Shown: positions 47,633-56,575, counted from the first letter of the stretch. The stretch is 64,000 bases of DNA from an uncultured virus (IMG/VR IMGVR_UViG_3300024520_000070) (IMGVR_UViG_3300024520_000070), one strand, 5' to 3'. Notes: generated from the sequence alone by a model not told the origin. Program-made: numbers and translations.

Positions 47633-48203
47633 TTTTAAAGATCATGACAAAGCTGACGTTAGAAATCTAATTATGGCTATCAATGTTCTAGGCGAAAATT
47701 TAGTTGGTTTAGAATTAGGAGTTCTGCAAGCTGAAAGTTTAATGACCATCCTACATAACTGCAGTATAAAAAAATTATACGGTGTAGATCACTGGAAGGG
47801 CTACACTGATTATCTAAGTAGAGAACCAAATTATCAACCTGTATATACGGTGTCTGATGAAGACGCCGAATATAATAAGCTTACTGCACTTCACCGAATT
47901 AAACATTCAGGGATGAAGGACAAGGTAGTAATAATTGAAGGGGATTCTTTAAACAAGAACACAATAGATTACATAGAAGATAAAAGTCTAGACTTTATAT
48001 TCTTTGATGCCATGCTGGACGAGGATCAAGCTTATAAAGAAGCTCTGGCTTATTATCCTAAACTAAAAGTAGGAGGCTATTTAATGGGGGATGATGCTTT
48101 CTGTGAAGAGCAGGTTATTATTCCTTTAAACAAAGTATTAAAACACTATAAAAACACCAACCCAATCATCACATATGGGCGTTGTTTTATGGTAAAAATA
48201 TAG
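47622..48203 (+). CDS. class I SAM-dependent methyltransferase (Methyltransf_24-like)
   Basis: GLELGV, YGVDHW, LDFIFFD, LKVGGYLMGDD. Confidence 0.8.
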   Translation: MTYSFKDHDKADVRNLIMAINVLGENLVGLELGVLQAESLMTILHNCSIKKLYGVDHWKGYTDYLSREPNYQPVYTVSDEDAEYNKLTALHRIKHSGMKDKVVIIEGDSLNKNTIDYIEDKSLDFIFFDAMLDEDQAYKEALAYYPKLKVGGYLMGDDAFCEEQVIIPLNKVLKHYKNTNPIITYGRCFMVKI

Positions 48204-48234
48204 ATATAATAAGAGAAAAATAAGGAGAAAACTT

Positions 48235-48336
48235 ATGAACAAAATAAAACAAGTATGGGCATTAGCACAAGCTAATCCGAAGATAGCTACCGCTGCTGTG
48301 GTAGTAATCATTGCCATATATTTTTTAGTAAACTAG
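48235..48336 (+). CDS. 33-aa single-TM peptide
   Basis: AGGAG SD; MNKIKQVWALAQANPKIATAAVVVIIAIYFLVN. Confidence 0.6.
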   Translation: MNKIKQVWALAQANPKIATAAVVVIIAIYFLVN

Positions 48337-48350
48337 GAACTGTATGACCC

Positions 48351-49001
48351 ATGGCCTATCTAAATGCAAACATCCCTGTGCTCTATTCACAGATCAGGAG
48401 AGAATATCTTTATGATCTTAAAGAACATCATGGAGAAGTTGAAGACTGCATTATATTTGGCCTGGCATCAATTACAGGGCGTCCTGTCCTTTTTCATGCA
48501 ATCATGGAAAACGGCGCGGTCTTCTATAGGCTCCCTATCTCCGCGTTCATTCAAAGAGGATTTAGAGCAAGTGAAGTTCCTCGGATGCGACTTGATGAGC
48601 TGGAGCTATGGAATTGCTTTAGTTATTATCCTAGCGTTTTGCTTTTTGATATCTTAGACGGCCAATCTGGAAAATTTTTTGGAAAAGATAAGAAAACCTA
48701 CCCAGGTGCATATCTTTTTACAGTTGACTGGGCACATCCAGAGAGTAATATAGTAGATACGGATCATTCTGAAGTACCGCATGAACATAAATGCGCACAC
48801 ATTCTAGCCCTAGAGAATGGAAATTATGCAGCACAACCTAATAATCGGATCCTTTGGGATATACCTTCATTCACAGTAAGAGACGAAGTCCCCGATTGGA
48901 AGGTGCAGACTTCAGATTGGAATGTAGAGGACACCGGTAAGTGGAAGACAGAAGATACCGATAGGTATTTTTATAAAATTGAGGAAAACAAAGATGAGTA
49001 A
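48351..49001 (+). CDS. hypothetical protein
   Basis: FYRLPISAF, ELWNCFSY, YLFTVDW, EHKCAH, AQPNNR. Confidence 0.75.
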   Translation: MAYLNANIPVLYSQIRREYLYDLKEHHGEVEDCIIFGLASITGRPVLFHAIMENGAVFYRLPISAFIQRGFRASEVPRMRLDELELWNCFSYYPSVLLFDILDGQSGKFFGKDKKTYPGAYLFTVDWAHPESNIVDTDHSEVPHEHKCAHILALENGNYAAQPNNRILWDIPSFTVRDEVPDWKVQTSDWNVEDTGKWKTEDTDRYFYKIEENKDE

Positions 49002-49212
49002 CTGTAAAAAATGTAACTGTAAATGTCATTGTAAGGATGAATTTCATACCGATGTGTATGGAGTATGTCCTTGCGATAACTGTAAATGCAACAGCAAAAG
49101 AACCTATACAAACCTAAAGGAACATGGTACAGACATTTCCTATGAAAACGAAGTCAGCAAGACTGGTGGAGTCGTTGTAGATGACACTGGCGAATGCGAT
49201 TCATGTCAATAA
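48994..49212 (+). CDS. Cys-rich metallothionein-like protein
   Basis: GAGG SD; 11 Cys in 72 aa (CKKCNCKCHC, CPCDNCKC, terminal ECDSCQ). Confidence 0.65.
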   Translation: MSNCKKCNCKCHCKDEFHTDVYGVCPCDNCKCNSKRTYTNLKEHGTDISYENEVSKTGGVVVDDTGECDSCQ

Positions 49213-49221
49213 TGGAGGAAT

Positions 49222-49383
49222 ATGAATAAACTATTTTTAATACTGGTAATATTATTCACTTTAAATGCCTGCGCAGTGGGGCAGAAATGCACTTATACAC
49301 AAGAAGGAACTAAAATTTCATCTTGGTTTTGGATTACTGAAGGTGAAATGCCAGCGGACTTAAGTAAAGACAATTGTAACTAG
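49222..49383 (+). CDS. small lipoprotein (53 aa)
   Basis: GGAGG SD; signal peptide with lipobox LNA-C. Confidence 0.65.
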   Translation: MNKLFLILVILFTLNACAVGQKCTYTQEGTKISSWFWITEGEMPADLSKDNCN

Positions 49384-49403
49384 TATGACTGATGGGGGCG
49401 TTA

Positions 49404-49529
49404 ATGAAGTACAGAACGTTAAAGCTTTTTCGGACAAGAAGAAACGCAAGGAAAAGAATTCAAGCAACAGAAAAAGCGGTGCAGGCTTTAATAATTGTCC
49501 TAATGGTGATTCTAGTACTTTTGGTATAA
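49404..49529 (+). CDS. small basic peptide with a C-terminal TM helix
   Basis: MKYRTLKLFRTRRNARKRIQATEKAVQALIIVLMVILVLLV. Confidence 0.5.
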   Translation: MKYRTLKLFRTRRNARKRIQATEKAVQALIIVLMVILVLLV

Positions 49530-49532
49530 TGA

Positions 49533-49950
49533 ATGTCTAAACAACCCTTAACAATTTCAGAAGAAGCAAAAGTTCAGATGCCTATGAAAACGGTAGCTAG
49601 CCTCATCGCCCTCGTGGCGATCGGGACCTGGGCTTTCTTCACCATTCAGGAAAAATTAAATACACACACAACTCAACTACAAATTATGGAGAAGGATCTC
49701 GAAATGAATTCAGAGTTCAGAATAAAATGGCCTCGTGGATTACTCGGATCCTTACCCCGCTGATTCAGAACAATTTATGTTGATCGAAGAATTATATAAA
49801 CAAACTGACAAGCAACAAATAAGAATTGATGGTATGTTACACAATGAAGTTAATATAAAAGCTTTAGAAAAAGCTGTTGATAAGTTACAATCAGATGTGG
49901 AAAAATTAAAAGATAAACAAAGAGAATTTGCTAATGGAGGTACTCACTAA
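49533..49950 (+). CDS. TM plus coiled-coil protein split by a +1 frameshift at 49755-49758
   Basis: ORF1 ends TTA CCC CGC TGA; the +1 frame continues ADSEQFMLIEELY... to 49950. Confidence 0.6.
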
Positions 49951-50228
49951 TGGAAGAAGTAATTATATGCATAGCACTTTGTCTCTTCATGAATGGAGAG
50001 TTAGTCGAGCATACATACCAAAAATCGATGGGCGACTGCCTCAAAGCGAAGAGGATCGCGATGCGTACGATCGAGCCCGAGCGCATTCAATTTAAATGCG
50101 GTGCAAATATTAAAGCAAAAGTAGAGTACATAGAAGAAAAAGGGCAAACCGTAGCTCGTACACGTATTATAGAAGTTCTGGATCATGGTTATGAGAGCGA
50201 TAGTTATGAAGCAGAATCGCGCTACTAA
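49950..50228 (+). CDS. putative exported small Cys-containing protein
   Basis: GGAGG SD, TAATG coupling, hydrophobic N-terminus, CLKAKR. Confidence 0.65.
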   Translation: MEEVIICIALCLFMNGELVEHTYQKSMGDCLKAKRIAMRTIEPERIQFKCGANIKAKVEYIEEKGQTVARTRIIEVLDHGYESDSYEAESRY

Positions 50229-50361
50229 AAAAAGAAATTCTATAGCAAAATGGCTAAGACAACCCCGATACAGAATGCTTGTAATTAAGAACAAGAAAAA
50301 ATATAATAGGAGGAAGAACAATGAAACTATCCAAGAACTTTTGTTTAGCGGAACTGACTAA
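50206..50361 (+). CDS. small basic hypothetical protein
   Basis: MKQNRATKKRNSIAKWLRQPRYRMLVIKNKKKYNRR...; fills the gap before the endolysin. Confidence 0.45.
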   Translation: MKQNRATKKRNSIAKWLRQPRYRMLVIKNKKKYNRRKNNETIQELLFSGTD

Positions 50362-50815
50362 ATCCCAAACGGCCGAACGTATGGGGCTTAATAATAGTCC
50401 TAACGAAGACCAAACTGAGAATCTCAGGTTGCTCTGTGAAAGAGTCCTACAACCTATTCGAGATCACTTTGACGATGTCGTGTCTATTTCATCAGGCTTC
50501 AGGGACCCTATTTTGTCGCGTAAAATAGGCAGTTCAGATAAATCACAACATTGCCGTGGCCAGGCGGCGGATTTTGAAATTTTTGGCACTTCTAATGCTA
50601 AAGTAGCTGATTGGATTAAAGAGAATCTTATGTTCGACCAGCTTATATTAGAATATTTTGAGCCTGGAGAGCCCAACTCTGGATGGGTACATGTGAGTTA
50701 CAATAAAGATATAAATTTAAATAGGAAAGAATATTTGATGGCAATTAAAGCCGAATCTGGTAAAACAGAGTACAAACCAATCTTAGGATTAAGTACGGAT
50801 AGATATGTTAAATAA
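50321..50815 (+). CDS. peptidase M15 family endolysin (Zn D-Ala-D-Ala carboxypeptidase-like)
   Basis: LSKNF, SSGFR, SQHCRGQAADF, FDQLILE, WVHVSY. Confidence 0.88.
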   Translation: MKLSKNFCLAELTKSQTAERMGLNNSPNEDQTENLRLLCERVLQPIRDHFDDVVSISSGFRDPILSRKIGSSDKSQHCRGQAADFEIFGTSNAKVADWIKENLMFDQLILEYFEPGEPNSGWVHVSYNKDINLNRKEYLMAIKAESGKTEYKPILGLSTDRYVK

Positions 50816-50932
50816 AATCAAAAAAATAATACACACAGTGGACTGCTGGCTTAATAGATATGCATTCGAATACAGAATCTTTGTTCTGGTAGCAGTGATA
50901 TATTTATTACATGCTCACTACACCGGTTGTTA

Positions 50933-51160
50933 ATGACTGACTTCTTTAAAAGAGGAGAAGCTCTTAAAGCCGAGCTTACTAGTGGCAAATGTCCCACATG
51001 TCATCAATATACTATGCTAGTATCGGTGGCGAGAGATTTCTATAGATGTATCACTTGTGGTGCTGATCTTGAACAAAAAATAAATGGCATTATAAAATAT
51101 ATTCCCTTTAATGTTAAGACCCATGTACCGGAAAACAAACCTGAAATAAAGAATGGCTAA
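50933..51160 (+). CDS. zinc-ribbon protein
   Basis: CPTC...CITC. Confidence 0.65.
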   Translation: MTDFFKRGEALKAELTSGKCPTCHQYTMLVSVARDFYRCITCGADLEQKINGIIKYIPFNVKTHVPENKPEIKNG

Positions 51161-51287
51161 AGGAACGTACGGAGTCAATACCTATCGTGATAGAACGCGC
51201 AAAAAGATAGGACGTCATAAAAAAAACATGAATAAATCTGAAAGGCGTAATTTTAAATATTACGTGGGCCAAGGAAGAGCTAGATAG
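51153..51287 (+). CDS. small basic peptide (44 aa)
   Basis: MAKGTYGVNTYRDRTRKKIGRHKKNMNKSERRNFKYYVGQGRAR. Confidence 0.55.
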   Translation: MAKGTYGVNTYRDRTRKKIGRHKKNMNKSERRNFKYYVGQGRAR

Positions 51288-51501
51288 TGGGACCTTCTCT
51301 GCAGCTATAACTCATAGCTATCTTATTATCATTAACATACTTATAACCCATTTTGGACAGCAACATGGCTGCCTCTGTATGGGCCGCTTTTGAGCACTCA
51401 TACCAGCTGTCAAAAGTCTTGGGAAACTGCATAGGGGGTAAACAAGCTGGTTGAGCCCCTAAAAAAGAGCACACCCATATTATTAATGTAAACTTTATCA
51501 T
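51280..51501 (-). CDS. putative exported small Cys-containing protein
   Basis: AAGGA SD; hydrophobic N-terminus; FDSWYEC. Confidence 0.6.
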   Translation of the reverse strand: MIKFTLIIWVCSFLGAQPACLPPMQFPKTFDSWYECSKAAHTEAAMLLSKMGYKYVNDNKIAMSYSCREGPTI

Positions 51502-51565
51502 TGACAGTCCTTGAAAATTTATATAAATATCCTATATCATTTGATACAAATGAAAGGATATAACA

Positions 51566-51751
51566 ATGACAGACATAAGTAAATATAAAAGTCTTGCAGT
51601 CGATCTTAGTTGCTATGCAATAATTGATAAACTCTCTCAGATTCTGGCCCCAGGGGTCAAACTTAGTAGAGCGCAAGTAATTAGAATGTTAGTAGATGAG
51701 AAAGCGAAGAAATTGAATGGCAAAATTAAGCGTATTTCCAAGAGCAAGTAG
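51566..51751 (+). CDS. putative ribbon-helix-helix DNA-binding protein
   Basis: beta strand YKSLAV, helix, then SRAQVIRMLV helix; AAGGA SD. Confidence 0.6.
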   Translation: MTDISKYKSLAVDLSCYAIIDKLSQILAPGVKLSRAQVIRMLVDEKAKKLNGKIKRISKSK

Positions 51752-52025
51752 CGAAGGCGAAGAACTTAAGGATCCTATTCGAAGTCTTTGGAGAAACGTT
51801 TTAATCGTAGCTCTAGAAGATGCAATGGGGAAAGGAGTTAATGGCGGCAGTGTGTGGGCTAATAAGAATTATTACAGCCACTTATCAAAAGAATCTGCAC
51901 GTAATTATTTTCTGGAACCTAGTAGGGATTTCCAAATGGTGTGCCAGCTAGCTGGTTTTGACCACCTATATGTTAGGAAGAAAGTGAGGGAAAAGATACA
52001 TGAAGGAACAACAGATTTGTCCTAG
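51717..52025 (+). CDS. hypothetical protein
   Basis: LWRNVLIVALEDA, DFQMVCQLAG. Confidence 0.7.
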   Translation: MAKLSVFPRASSEGEELKDPIRSLWRNVLIVALEDAMGKGVNGGSVWANKNYYSHLSKESARNYFLEPSRDFQMVCQLAGFDHLYVRKKVREKIHEGTTDLS

Positions 52026-52170
52026 ATGCTTTGGTAACGGTTACATCAAAGTTCAGAAGGATACTAGAGAAGAAAAAGAAATTGTAGTACAGTGCACCAT
52101 GTGTGATTCGCAGGGGGAGATCACCAAACTAGAAGGACCCCTCGATGAACTGAGAGCGAAAGGACTATGA
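52000..52170 (+). CDS. DnaJ-type zinc-finger mini-protein (56 aa)
   Basis: Not in the ORF track; CPRCFGNG...CTMCDSQG. Confidence 0.7.
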   Translation: MKEQQICPRCFGNGYIKVQKDTREEKEIVVQCTMCDSQGEITKLEGPLDELRAKGL

Positions 52171-52292
52171 TGCCACATAAAACTATCATCTTTTTAATGC
52201 TCTGCACTCTGTTGGTAGCATGCCAAACAGGTCAGGGTTTCAACAATCCAATTGTAACGGCGCTAAGGTTTAGCTATGGAATAAGTAAATGA
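52167..52292 (+). CDS. small lipoprotein
   Basis: MMPHKTIIFLMLCTLLVA-C lipobox; ATGA couplings. Confidence 0.5.
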   Translation: MMPHKTIIFLMLCTLLVACQTGQGFNNPIVTALRFSYGISK

Positions 52293-52879
52293 CCATCCAA
52301 GGTGACAGTAGTGACTATGACTTACTGGCCAAATGGGTGAGAGAGTTAAAACTAAGCACGGATCCGTGGCCAGATCGGATACTAACTTGTGAGATAGGAG
52401 TCAGGGAAGGCTTAGGCTCCAAAATTATTCTAGACGAAATTATAAAACGAATACCTAAGGGACGAATTAACTTTAAACATGTAGGCGTTGATCCTTACGA
52501 TGATTTAAAATACCAACATTACGACAATACGCCGGCCTACACCGCTGACTATTCACCTCAAATGATGAAGCAGATGGTCCAGGATTTTCTTCCTTACCAT
52601 CAATACAAATATCTTCACATGACAGATACTGAATTTATGGGAGCATGGTACGACCACAAGGTACCATTTGATTTTGTTCATTTAGATGGACCTCACATGA
52701 CCAAAGATGTTTTTACTGAAGCCATCTGGTTTGCCAACCGATCAAGGGTTGGGAGTAGAATGGTATTCGACGATTATCTTAAATACGGAATGGATCAGAT
52801 TGCTTTTGCGCTAACCTATTTCGGATATAGAACACAACACATGGGGGACCATAAATGCATGTTGGAAAGAATGGAGTAA
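52289..52879 (+). CDS. class I SAM-dependent methyltransferase (Methyltransf_24-like)
   Basis: CEIGVREG.GS, GVDPY, FVHLDGPH, VFDDY. Confidence 0.8.
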   Translation: MTIQGDSSDYDLLAKWVRELKLSTDPWPDRILTCEIGVREGLGSKIILDEIIKRIPKGRINFKHVGVDPYDDLKYQHYDNTPAYTADYSPQMMKQMVQDFLPYHQYKYLHMTDTEFMGAWYDHKVPFDFVHLDGPHMTKDVFTEAIWFANRSRVGSRMVFDDYLKYGMDQIAFALTYFGYRTQHMGDHKCMLERME

Positions 52880-53008
52880 AGAAACCTAAGCACGGTGGTG
52901 CCCAAGAAGAATCTAAACGAATTGAACAATACGCTGATCAATGGTGTAAAGATAATGGCTATCCTCTTCAGCGTAGGAGATACGTCTATCAAGGAAAGTG
53001 GGTGAAGA

Positions 53009-53413
53009 ATGACGCCAAATGATGCTGCCTACATGGCTGGACTATTTGATGGTGAAGGTTGTGTTATTTATAAACAACATTTAGATACAAAACGTAAAGA
53101 CAGGCCAAAACGCTATAAAGTTTGGAGAATTGCTTTGGAGATGTCCATGACTGACAAACCCGTTATGGAATGGGTATATGACTTAGTTAAATGTGGAACT
53201 CTTAAACTCAATGTTAAAAACAAATCTCCCAGTTCTAAATCTCATTGGAAAGATCAATGGCGCTGGAGGTGTAGTCACCGAGATGCCTATCAAGTTGCTA
53301 AACTGATATGGCCATACGCTCAGGTGAAATTGCATAAGTTAGAACAAATAATAGATCATTACGAACCGGAATTTTCCGATGATAATGTGTTTAGTCTGGA
53401 GGACTATAAATGA
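53009..53413 (+). CDS. free-standing single-motif LAGLIDADG endonuclease-like protein
   Basis: AYMAGLFDGEGCV, MSMTD, QWRWR, IWPYAQVK. Confidence 0.8.
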   Translation: MTPNDAAYMAGLFDGEGCVIYKQHLDTKRKDRPKRYKVWRIALEMSMTDKPVMEWVYDLVKCGTLKLNVKNKSPSSKSHWKDQWRWRCSHRDAYQVAKLIWPYAQVKLHKLEQIIDHYEPEFSDDNVFSLEDYK

Positions 53414-54090
53414 TAATACAGAATAAATTTAAATATTTAATCCCTGAAGAGAATAGAGTTACTACTCCCGCTGGTAGGCATTACACTTATTTTGGAGAGA
53501 AGCTTCCAAGTGTGACGACTATTCTACAAGCGACCCAAGATTATGGTAAAACACTAGGGCTCGAAAGATGGCGACAAAATGTCGGTGATAAGAGAGCGGA
53601 CGAAATTCGTGATAATGCAGCCAAGCGTGGTACAATTATGCATAGAATCCTTGAAGGAGTGATTACTGGGAAGCCCCATATGGACCTCTCAGACATGGGT
53701 CAGGAAGCAGGGACCATGGCCCAGGCATTGATCGATGATGGGCTTCTAGAGGCCTTAACGGAGGTCTGGGGCACTGAAATGATGCTATGTTATGATGGTC
53801 TTTATGGTGGCGCAGCTGATGTGATAGGTATTTATGATGGACGCGAAAGTATATTAGATTTTAAACAGGCCAACAAGCGTAAAACAGAGAGTCTTGTAAA
53901 AGATTACTATGTTCAGGCGGCAGCCTACGCGATGGCCCACAACTTAATGCATGGTACTAAAATACAACAAGGTGTGATCTTAGTCAGCGTTGAAGGGGGT
54001 GAAGTACAGCGATTTATAGTAAAAGATAAGCAATTTCAAGGTTTTATGTGGGAATTCTTAAGAAGGGTTGATCGCTACCATAGTATCTAA
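53410..54090 (+). CDS. PD-(D/E)XK exonuclease
   Basis: PSVTTIL, RGTIMH, GAADV, LDFKQ, VQAAAYA. Confidence 0.85.
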   Translation: MIIQNKFKYLIPEENRVTTPAGRHYTYFGEKLPSVTTILQATQDYGKTLGLERWRQNVGDKRADEIRDNAAKRGTIMHRILEGVITGKPHMDLSDMGQEAGTMAQALIDDGLLEALTEVWGTEMMLCYDGLYGGAADVIGIYDGRESILDFKQANKRKTESLVKDYYVQAAAYAMAHNLMHGTKIQQGVILVSVEGGEVQRFIVKDKQFQGFMWEFLRRVDRYHSI

Positions 54091-54184
54091 TTTAGGTAAA
54101 TGATAAAATATTTTTTTAATCGGGAGAAGAGGGTGTTACAATGTGACAATGGCTTACTATGGTTGGTATCATTGACTAATAGTA

Positions 54185-54222
54185 TGCTTCACAACTGCTT
54201 CATTGTGCTTCACGCTGCTTCA
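54185..54222 (+). repeat. 4x TGCTTCA, helically phased
   Basis: Copies at 54185, 54196, 54206, 54216. Confidence 0.85.
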
Positions 54223-54296
54223 GGGGAAAACCCTTCGCGCGCACATGAAAATGCTTTTTCAAAAGCATTTTTAGGTATAAAAACTACTAAGGAAGC

Positions 54297-54581
54297 ATGA
54301 CATCAAAGAAATCTAAGTACAAACATATTATAATTAAGAAGAAACGTTACTATTTTTATAAAATAACGTGGACCGACATCACGGGGGACAGCTCGCACGC
54401 CACGTTAGATGAGTTCAATAATTTTAAAACAAGTGTAATGATTACGCACGGTTATGTGTTTAAAAAAGATAGAAAGAATCTTTGGACGTTTGCTAGTTTC
54501 GAGGAGAATGATGAGCTATTCTCCGACCGGAATGTCTTTCCCATTGGATGCATCACTAAGATGGAGAGGATCCTTCTTTGA
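54297..54581 (+). CDS. hypothetical protein
   Basis: AAGGA SD; WTDITGD, FSDRNVFPIGCI. Confidence 0.7.
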   Translation: MTSKKSKYKHIIIKKKRYYFYKITWTDITGDSSHATLDEFNNFKTSVMITHGYVFKKDRKNLWTFASFEENDELFSDRNVFPIGCITKMERILL

Positions 54582-55088
54582 TTTATTTTCAGTTGACTTT
54601 GGTTTACGTCTCACTTTGCTTTTTAATTCTTCAACTCCGACGCCTTCTAGGATCGGAGAATAATCATCTATTATTTGTTTCATTCTGTTTTCTAACTCTT
54701 CTGTGGTTAAGTCTTCTAGCTTACCAGTTCGGATTATCTTTTGTTCAATATACAAACCCGCCGCCTTTCCTCGAGCTACTTCAGCGTTTACTGCCGCTGA
54801 CCACGCACCCTTCTTAAGTGCTTCCGCTCTAATCTTTCCTAACTCAGCGATGTGTCTTCCATAGTTTACTTCATATTTCTTTTGCCATTCTTCTCTTAAC
54901 TCTCCAATGTGTTTTACTACTAGTGGATAAAGTTTTGGATTCTGTAATTTACTTGCGTATTGGCGCGCCGAGTCTTTACTAAACCCTGCGTTAATAGCAC
55001 ACTGCGTAGACGTTTCTCTTCCTTCATTTATTATAAGCTCGTTAGCAAATTTCATTTGCTGTTCAGTCAGCCTTTTTGGTAGTCCCAT
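54516..55088 (-). CDS. terS: terminase small subunit
   Basis: LTEQQMKF..CAINAGFS..ARQYASKL HTH; AAVNAEVARGKAAGLY; likely start MGLPKR at 55088. Confidence 0.75.
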   Translation of the reverse strand: MGLPKRLTEQQMKFANELIINEGRETSTQCAINAGFSKDSARQYASKLQNPKLYPLVVKHIGELREEWQKKYEVNYGRHIAELGKIRAEALKKGAWSAAVNAEVARGKAAGLYIEQKIIRTGKLEDLTTEELENRMKQIIDDYSPILEGVGVEELKSKVRRKPKSTENKSKKDPLHLSDASNGKDIPVGE

Positions 55089-55200
55089 TTTTCTTCCTGT
55101 GTTGTTTGTAGACAAACTTTCTTGCCTGATTAAAGATTTCATCAAATCGTTTTCTGTATTTATCATTAGCCACTCTGGACTTGCCATCCCACTTCATCAT
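55063..55200 (-). CDS. small hypothetical protein (45 aa)
   Basis: MMKWDGKSRVANDKYRKRFDEIF...; ATGA coupling with the upstream oxygenase. Confidence 0.5.
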   Translation of the reverse strand: MMKWDGKSRVANDKYRKRFDEIFNQARKFVYKQHRKKNGTTKKAD

Positions 55201-55940
55201 ACCTTTAAATGTTTCACTCCAAGTACGTTAACTTCTTCCTGAGTTAATGTTTTAACATAATGATTATTTATTTTAGCTGAGCCATATTTTCTAGCCCAGT
55301 CCCCATCAAAATAATGTGGTTCAATTTCTTTTTCTTTAATCCAGTTTTTGATTCGTGTAAGTCTTTCCATCTTTTCATTTGGTATAGAACAGAGAAAAGT
55401 ATTAACAGCATATCTCTTGCCCTTGGTGACAGGTGTGACCTGATGTATCCAAAAACAACCGGCGGGAAAGATTAAACATTCTCCTTCTTTTAAGTCTTCT
55501 TTGTGTTGACCATTAAAGAATTTAAACTGTCCACCATTAAAATGGTTATTCAACTGAATAGTACAGCTGGCTGTAACAAAGTCATGACCATCGATATGAG
55601 GGTGAAGCTTACCACCATTTTCATAACACATTAATCTATAGATATGAGCGTAGTTAACTTCATCTGCAAATATATTAACCGAGACACAATTTAGTTTTTT
55701 TAAATGATCCATCCATTCATCGATCATTCCTTTCATAGCCTCATGTACTATGTGAAAAGTCTCACTTCCATGCAGTAGGTGAACTAGATTAAATGTAGAC
55801 TCTGTGTCTACGCCAGTAAGGGCATGATAACAATGTTCGCCTGCTTTCTCTGCTTTGCGGTGTTCATACTCATCTATAAGTCTCTTACATTGGGCTTTAT
55901 TAAGTACTTTTCTCTTCATTATAAATTGTCGTTGATCCAT
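55197..55940 (-). CDS. Fe(II)/2OG oxygenase, prolyl-4-hydroxylase-like
   Basis: PHID, LNNHFNGGQF, FPAGCFWIHQVTPVTKGKRY. Confidence 0.85.
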   Translation of the reverse strand: MDQRQFIMKRKVLNKAQCKRLIDEYEHRKAEKAGEHCYHALTGVDTESTFNLVHLLHGSETFHIVHEAMKGMIDEWMDHLKKLNCVSVNIFADEVNYAHIYRLMCYENGGKLHPHIDGHDFVTASCTIQLNNHFNGGQFKFFNGQHKEDLKEGECLIFPAGCFWIHQVTPVTKGKRYAVNTFLCSIPNEKMERLTRIKNWIKEKEIEPHYFDGDWARKYGSAKINNHYVKTLTQEEVNVLGVKHLKV

Positions 55941-55979
55941 GGGTTGAAATATAATACAACTTAGTCTATAAAGCAACCT

Positions 55980-56204
55980 ATGTTTACCGGAAAGTTATTA
56001 AGACAAGTTATAGGAAAGTTTTGTAAAGCAGAAGTTGCGCGACAAGCGCGTGTTCAAGTTCTACTCCCGAATGGAGAATTTTATGACATCAATGGCATGA
56101 AACTCTTGCAAAATAAATTAATAGGTGTAAGAGAATCTCATAGACTGGTGTTTACAGTTACTCCCGAAACATGGAAGATGGGTAAAGTTATTAAGAAGGT
56201 GTAG
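55980..56204 (+). CDS. hypothetical protein
   Basis: ARVQVLLPNGEFYDI, ESHRLV. Confidence 0.7.
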   Translation: MFTGKLLRQVIGKFCKAEVARQARVQVLLPNGEFYDINGMKLLQNKLIGVRESHRLVFTVTPETWKMGKVIKKV

Positions 56205-56206
56205 TA

Positions 56207-56575
56207 GTGAAACCAGAAAGAAAATTTTGGCATGAGCTTAAGAAAAATACTCCACAAATTTGCTGGACAAGGATTGAAAACTCTGTATCTTTTGGTACTC
56301 CTGATCTATTGGGCTATAATGCTAATGGGACCTTTTTCACTGTGGAGCTCAAAGTTACTAGGGGAAACACCGTCCGCTTCTCACCACATCAATTCTCATT
56401 CCACCTCAGTCATAAACAAAACACTTTCATTCTGATCAAGGCCCTTGGTGCCTTACACAAGGGTGTAAAACTTTATGAGGGAAAAAATATCAAGGAGCTT
56501 GATGCTTGCGGCCTGAATCTGGAACCAAGGTGCTCTAGCCTGCCTGATGCTTGCTTGACGCTTGAGGCTCTTTAG
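56207..56575 (+). CDS. VRR-NUC/Holliday-junction resolvase-like nuclease
   Basis: E..FW, RIEN..GTPD, VELK, SPHQ. Confidence 0.8.
   Translation: MKPERKFWHELKKNTPQICWTRIENSVSFGTPDLLGYNANGTFFTVELKVTRGNTVRFSPHQFSFHLSHKQNTFILIKALGALHKGVKLYEGKNIKELDACGLNLEPRCSSLPDACLTLEAL

Noticed and set aside
48364..48657. 97-aa alternative-frame ORF inside 48351-49001
   Set aside because: Fully nested, no SD, no motifs.
54100..54300. 66-aa ORF
   Set aside because: Overlies DNA repeats and a palindrome with atypical composition; more likely non-coding.
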